A DNA stretch of 63,310 nucleotides, the filler included, from Eubacteriales bacterium (GTDB taxonomy: Bacteria > Bacillota > Clostridia > Oscillospirales > CAG-382), in assembly GCA_045636665.1 (NCBI GenBank). It is 7 parts of 7 records of this genome, joined end to end, with 100 filler letters (N's around TTAATTAATTAA, not from the genome) between each part and the next. Parts side by side here need not be neighbours in the genome. Positions count along the whole stretch, not along the records: positions 46,890 to 60,244 come from JAZTXY010000109.1; positions 60,345 to 63,310 come from JAZTXY010000112.1; 5 more parts are not named here. One strand, written 5' to 3'. Shown here in pieces: positions 60,023 to 63,310 of this stretch. Under the pieces are notes generated by a model, which was not told where the DNA came from, made no database searches, and saw only the letters and a list, made by a program, of their open reading frames with translations. The first letter of the stretch is position 1. Each line of letters starts with the position of its first letter. Position numbers and translations under genes: made by a program.

Positions 60023-60244
60023 TTACTTTTTAAATCTGTCGAAAAACGACTTCTTTTTTGCGTAATTTTTGTCTTGTAAGCTCTCTTGGAACTCCTTAAG
60101 CAAATCCTTTTGCTTTTTGGAAAGACCTTTGGGGGTTTCGACGGTGACCGTAACGTAAAGGTCGCCGCGCGATTTGCCGTTAAGCTTGGGAACGCCCTTT
60201 CCGCGAACCGAGAAGGTCGAGCCGCTTTGGGTTCCTTCGGGAAT
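60023..60244 (-). CDS. dnaJ: DnaJ, 3' part (not in the ORF track)
   Basis: Manual translation IPEGTQSGSTFSVRGKGVPKLNGKSRGDLYVTVTVETPKGLSKKQKDLL...SFFDRFKK*. Confidence 0.92.
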   Translation of the reverse strand: MPEGTQSGSTFSVRGKGVPKLNGKSRGDLYVTVTVETPKGLSKKQKDLLKEFQESLQDKNYAKKKSFFDRFKK

Positions 60245-60344
60245 NNNNNNNNNNNNNNNNNNNNNNNNNNNNNNNNNNNNNNNNNNNNTTAATTAATTAA
60301 NNNNNNNNNNNNNNNNNNNNNNNNNNNNNNNNNNNNNNNNNNNN
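60245..60344. other. Artificial contig linker
   Basis: N-run + TTAATTAATTAA. Confidence 0.99.
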
Positions 60345-61575
60345 TACGCTTTGCAGCATAACCGGGGTGATAAAGCTCGTCAACGATACCCGTTGCAAGA
60401 CCGATTTGGTTACCGTAGGAGGAATAACCTGCCGCCGCGGTAGTAACGATCTTTCTTTGAGGCAATTTACCCTTGATGGTTTCGGAAACGGGCTTTAACG
60501 GATCAGCCGCACCGGTTACGCGCATTGCGCCGTAAACATAGGATCTGCCAGAAAGCGGGTCACGAATCGCGCCGCCGATACATGTAGCCGCGCCGCCGAA
60601 GGGTTCGATTTCGGTCGGGTGGTTATGGGTTTCGTTCTTGAAAAGAAGAAGCCAGGGCTCTGTTACTCCGTCAACCTCGATATCGAGCTTAACTGTACAA
60701 GCATTGATTTCTTCGGATTCATCGAGCTTATCAAGCTTGTCTGCCTTTTTAAGGTATCTTACGGCAAGAGTTGCGACGTCCATAAGGCAGATGGGCTTTG
60801 TTCTGCCTAGCTCTGCGCGGGTTGCAATATATTTATCATAGGTTTCCTTTAAAAGCTCGTCTTCAAAGGTAACGTTATCGATAACGGTGTTAAAGGTGGT
60901 ATGACGGCAGTGGTCGGACCAATAGGTATCGATCATACGGATTTCGGTAATGGTAGGATCGCGCTGTTCTTCCTTGAAATAGGATTGACAGAAAATGATA
61001 TCGTCGATATCCATTGCAAGACCGTATTCGTTAATAAACGCAACCAAGCCCTCTCTGTCGAGCTTGATAAAGCCGTCGAGAGTGCGTACGGTTGTGGGAA
61101 TATCGTAATCCGTAGCGAGTGTTTCGGGCTTATCAAGCGCCGCTTCACGCGATTCTACGGGGTTGATAACGTACTTTTTGATTGCGGCTACGTCTTCATC
61201 GGTAAGTGCGCCGTAGAGTGCATATACCCTTGCGGTACGAATGATGGGACGGTCGCCTTGCGAAATGATAGCGATACATTGAGCCGCGGAGTCTGCGCGC
61301 TGGTCAAACTGACCGGGAAGATATTCTACGGCAAAAACGATTGCATCACCCAAGGAATCGGTATTATCCGAGGTAATATCGAGCTGGGGTTCGGAAAAGA
61401 CGGTCTTTTTTGCGTAATCAAAGAGTTCTTCGGTAATATTTTCGGCATCGTAGCGGTTTAACAATCTTACGTCGGTAAGGTTGTTAATGCCCAAAAGAGT
61501 GCGCGCATCGGAAAGAAGCGCCTTTGCTTCAAATGCCAATTCTTTTTTCTTTTCGACAAATACTCTGTAAACCAT
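60345..61575 (-). CDS. purL: Phosphoribosylformylglycinamidine synthase (large clostridial type), 3' truncated
   Basis: LPGQFDQRADS, DTYWSDHCRH, KNETHNHPTEIEPFGGA. Confidence 0.95.
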
Positions 61576-62847
61576 TTATTTAACCTCCGGCGCCTTTAAT
61601 GCGCGTGCGCCGATATCGCGGCGGTAATAGGAATTTTCAAAATTAATGGATTCGACCATAGTATATGATGCTTTAATTGCATCGGTAAGGGTTTCTGCAA
61701 TTGCAGTCGCACCGAGAACACGTCCGCCCGAGGTAACGAGCTTGCTGTCCTTAATGGCGCCGCCTGCAACGAATACGTTATCGGCAATCGATTCGGGAAT
61801 GGTGATTTCAAAGCCCTTTGCATAGCTTTCGGGATATCCCTTGGATGCCATACTAACACAGCAAGCGTGTTTTTCGCTGAACTTAACTTCGATTTCGCCA
61901 AGGCGTTCTTCGGTAACCGCTTGCATAACGGTCAAAAGATCGGTTTCAAGCAAAGGAAGCACAACCTGAGTTTCGGGATCGCCGAAACGGCAGTTATATT
62001 CAATAACCTTGGGGCCGTCCTTGGTAATCATCAAGCCGAAATAAAGGCAGCCCTTGAATTTTCTTCCCTCTGCGTTCATCGCATTAATTGTGGGGAGGAA
62101 GATTTTTTCCATACAGTCCTTTGCGACTGCATCGGTATAATAAGGGTTGGGCGCAACAGTACCCATACCGCCTGTGTTAAGACCGGTATCGTTATCTCCG
62201 ATACGCTTGTGGTCCATAGACGAAATCATAGGTACTACAGTCTTGCCGTCGGTAAAGGAGAGCACCGAAACCTCGGGGCCTTCCAAGAATTCCTCAACGA
62301 CGATTCTTTCGCCGCTCTTGCCGAATGCCTTGTCGCACATCATCGATTTAACCGCATCGATTGCTTCTTCACGGGTAAAGGCGATGATTACGCCCTTGCC
62401 GAGAGCAAGTCCGTCGGCTTTAATTACCGTCGGGATGGGTGCGGTTTCGATATAAGCAAGTGCTTTTTCGACGTCATCGAAAACCTCGCAAGCCGCTGTG
62501 GGAATGCCGTATTTCTTCATAAGCTCTTTTGAAAAGACCTTACTGCCTTCGATGATTGCGGCATTTGCTTTAGGGCCGAAGCAAGGGATTCCCTTTTCTT
62601 CAAGCGCATCTACACAGCCGAGCACCAAGGGATCGTCGGGTGCGACGATTGCATAATCGATAGAATTTTCTACCGCAAAGCTTACGATTGCATCGATATC
62701 CTTTGCGCCGATGTTAACGCATTCCGCATCACGCGCGATACCGCCGTTTCCGGGGAGCGCGAAGATTTTTTCGACGTTTTTATTTTGTTTGATTTTGGTG
62801 ATGATGGCATGCTCTCTGCCACCGCCGCCTACTACAAGTATCTTCAT
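61576..62847 (-). CDS. purD: Phosphoribosylamine--glycine ligase
   Basis: GGGGREHA, KADGLALGKGV, NTGGMG, EYNCRFGDPE. Confidence 0.98.
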   Translation of the reverse strand: MKILVVGGGGREHAIITKIKQNKNVEKIFALPGNGGIARDAECVNIGAKDIDAIVSFAVENSIDYAIVAPDDPLVLGCVDALEEKGIPCFGPKANAAIIEGSKVFSKELMKKYGIPTAACEVFDDVEKALAYIETAPIPTVIKADGLALGKGVIIAFTREEAIDAVKSMMCDKAFGKSGERIVVEEFLEGPEVSVLSFTDGKTVVPMISSMDHKRIGDNDTGLNTGGMGTVAPNPYYTDAVAKDCMEKIFLPTINAMNAEGRKFKGCLYFGLMITKDGPKVIEYNCRFGDPETQVVLPLLETDLLTVMQAVTEERLGEIEVKFSEKHACCVSMASKGYPESYAKGFEITIPESIADNVFVAGGAIKDSKLVTSGGRVLGATAIAETLTDAIKASYTMVESINFENSYYRRDIGARALKAPEVK

Positions 62848-62859
62848 TTTTCCTCCGAA

Positions 62860-63309
62860 TTAATGGTGGAAGAGGCGCATGCCGGTGAACACCATTGTCA
62901 TGTTGTATTTGTTACAGCAATCGATAACCGCATCGTCACGGATGGATCCGCCCGGTTCTGCGATATATTTTACGCCGCTCTTCTTTGCGCGTTCGATATT
63001 ATCGAAGAACGGGAAGAACGCGTCACTGCCGAGCGCAACGTTGTCAACCGAATCGAGATATTCGCGGATTTCTTTATCGGTAAGAGGTTCGGGCTGTTCG
63101 GTGAAATATCTTTGCCACACGCCGTCTGCGCAAACGTCTTCTTCGTTTTTGTTGATATAGCCGTCGATAACGTTATCGCGGTCGGGTCTGCCGATATCCG
63201 AACGGAAAGGAAGATTCAATACCTTTTCGTGCTGACGGAGGAACCAAGTGTCTGCCTTGGTGCCTGCAAGACGGGTGCAGTGGATTCTCGACTGTTGACC
63301 TGCGCCTAC
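62860..63309 (-). CDS. purH: AICAR transformylase (PurH family), 5' part outside the window
   Basis: VGAGQQSRIHCTRLAG, SDAFFPF, PGGSIRD, RLFHH. Confidence 0.92.
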   Translation of the reverse strand, partial: VGAGQQSRIHCTRLAGTKADTWFLRQHEKVLNLPFRSDIGRPDRDNVIDGYINKNEEDVCADGVWQRYFTEQPEPLTDKEIREYLDSVDNVALGSDAFFPFFDNIERAKKSGVKYIAEPGGSIRDDAVIDCCNKYNMTMVFTGMRLFHH

Positions 63310-63310
63310 G

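Overview
This window is not one continuous locus. It holds seven assembly pieces (1-12128, 12229-15598, 15699-27948, 28049-35730, 35831-46789, 46890-60244, 60345-63310) joined by 100-nt N/TTAATTAATTAA linkers. The source is a spore-forming Clostridia-like (Bacillota) draft genome or MAG, judged from spoVFA/B, a LysM-GH18 spore hydrolase, CIRCE-hrcA and a clostridial S10 leader. Most content is housekeeping: argS, yebC-nadD-yqeK-rsfS-leuS, the S10 operon start, hrcA-grpE-dnaK-dnaJ, the dcw cluster, a 2-oxoacid:ferredoxin oxidoreductase, ispD/ispF, nagA/nagB and purH/D/L. Four things stand out. (1) A candidate non-cellulolytic cohesin-dockerin system: four secreted proteins share one dockerin type (K-[FY]-D-Y...K-R in all 8 half-repeats). 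They are a transglutaminase-like protein, an SGNH hydrolase, a protein with prodomain-like repeats and no catalytic domain, and a scaffold with two cohesin-like repeats, an HLS-motif domain and its own dockerin. (2) Two tandem ~146-nt three-hairpin elements between argS and yebC have almost completely different stem sequences but conserved loops. (3) There are single-base anomalies: an in-frame TAA in argS, an ispF-nagA in-frame fusion, and an A6 frameshift just after the start of a lipoprotein gene. These must be weighed against clear assembly imperfection, since an MGI/BGI adapter is embedded at 28049-28079. (4) An AT-rich accessory strip has related terminator hairpins. All domain calls come from motif recognition by eye; no searches were run.
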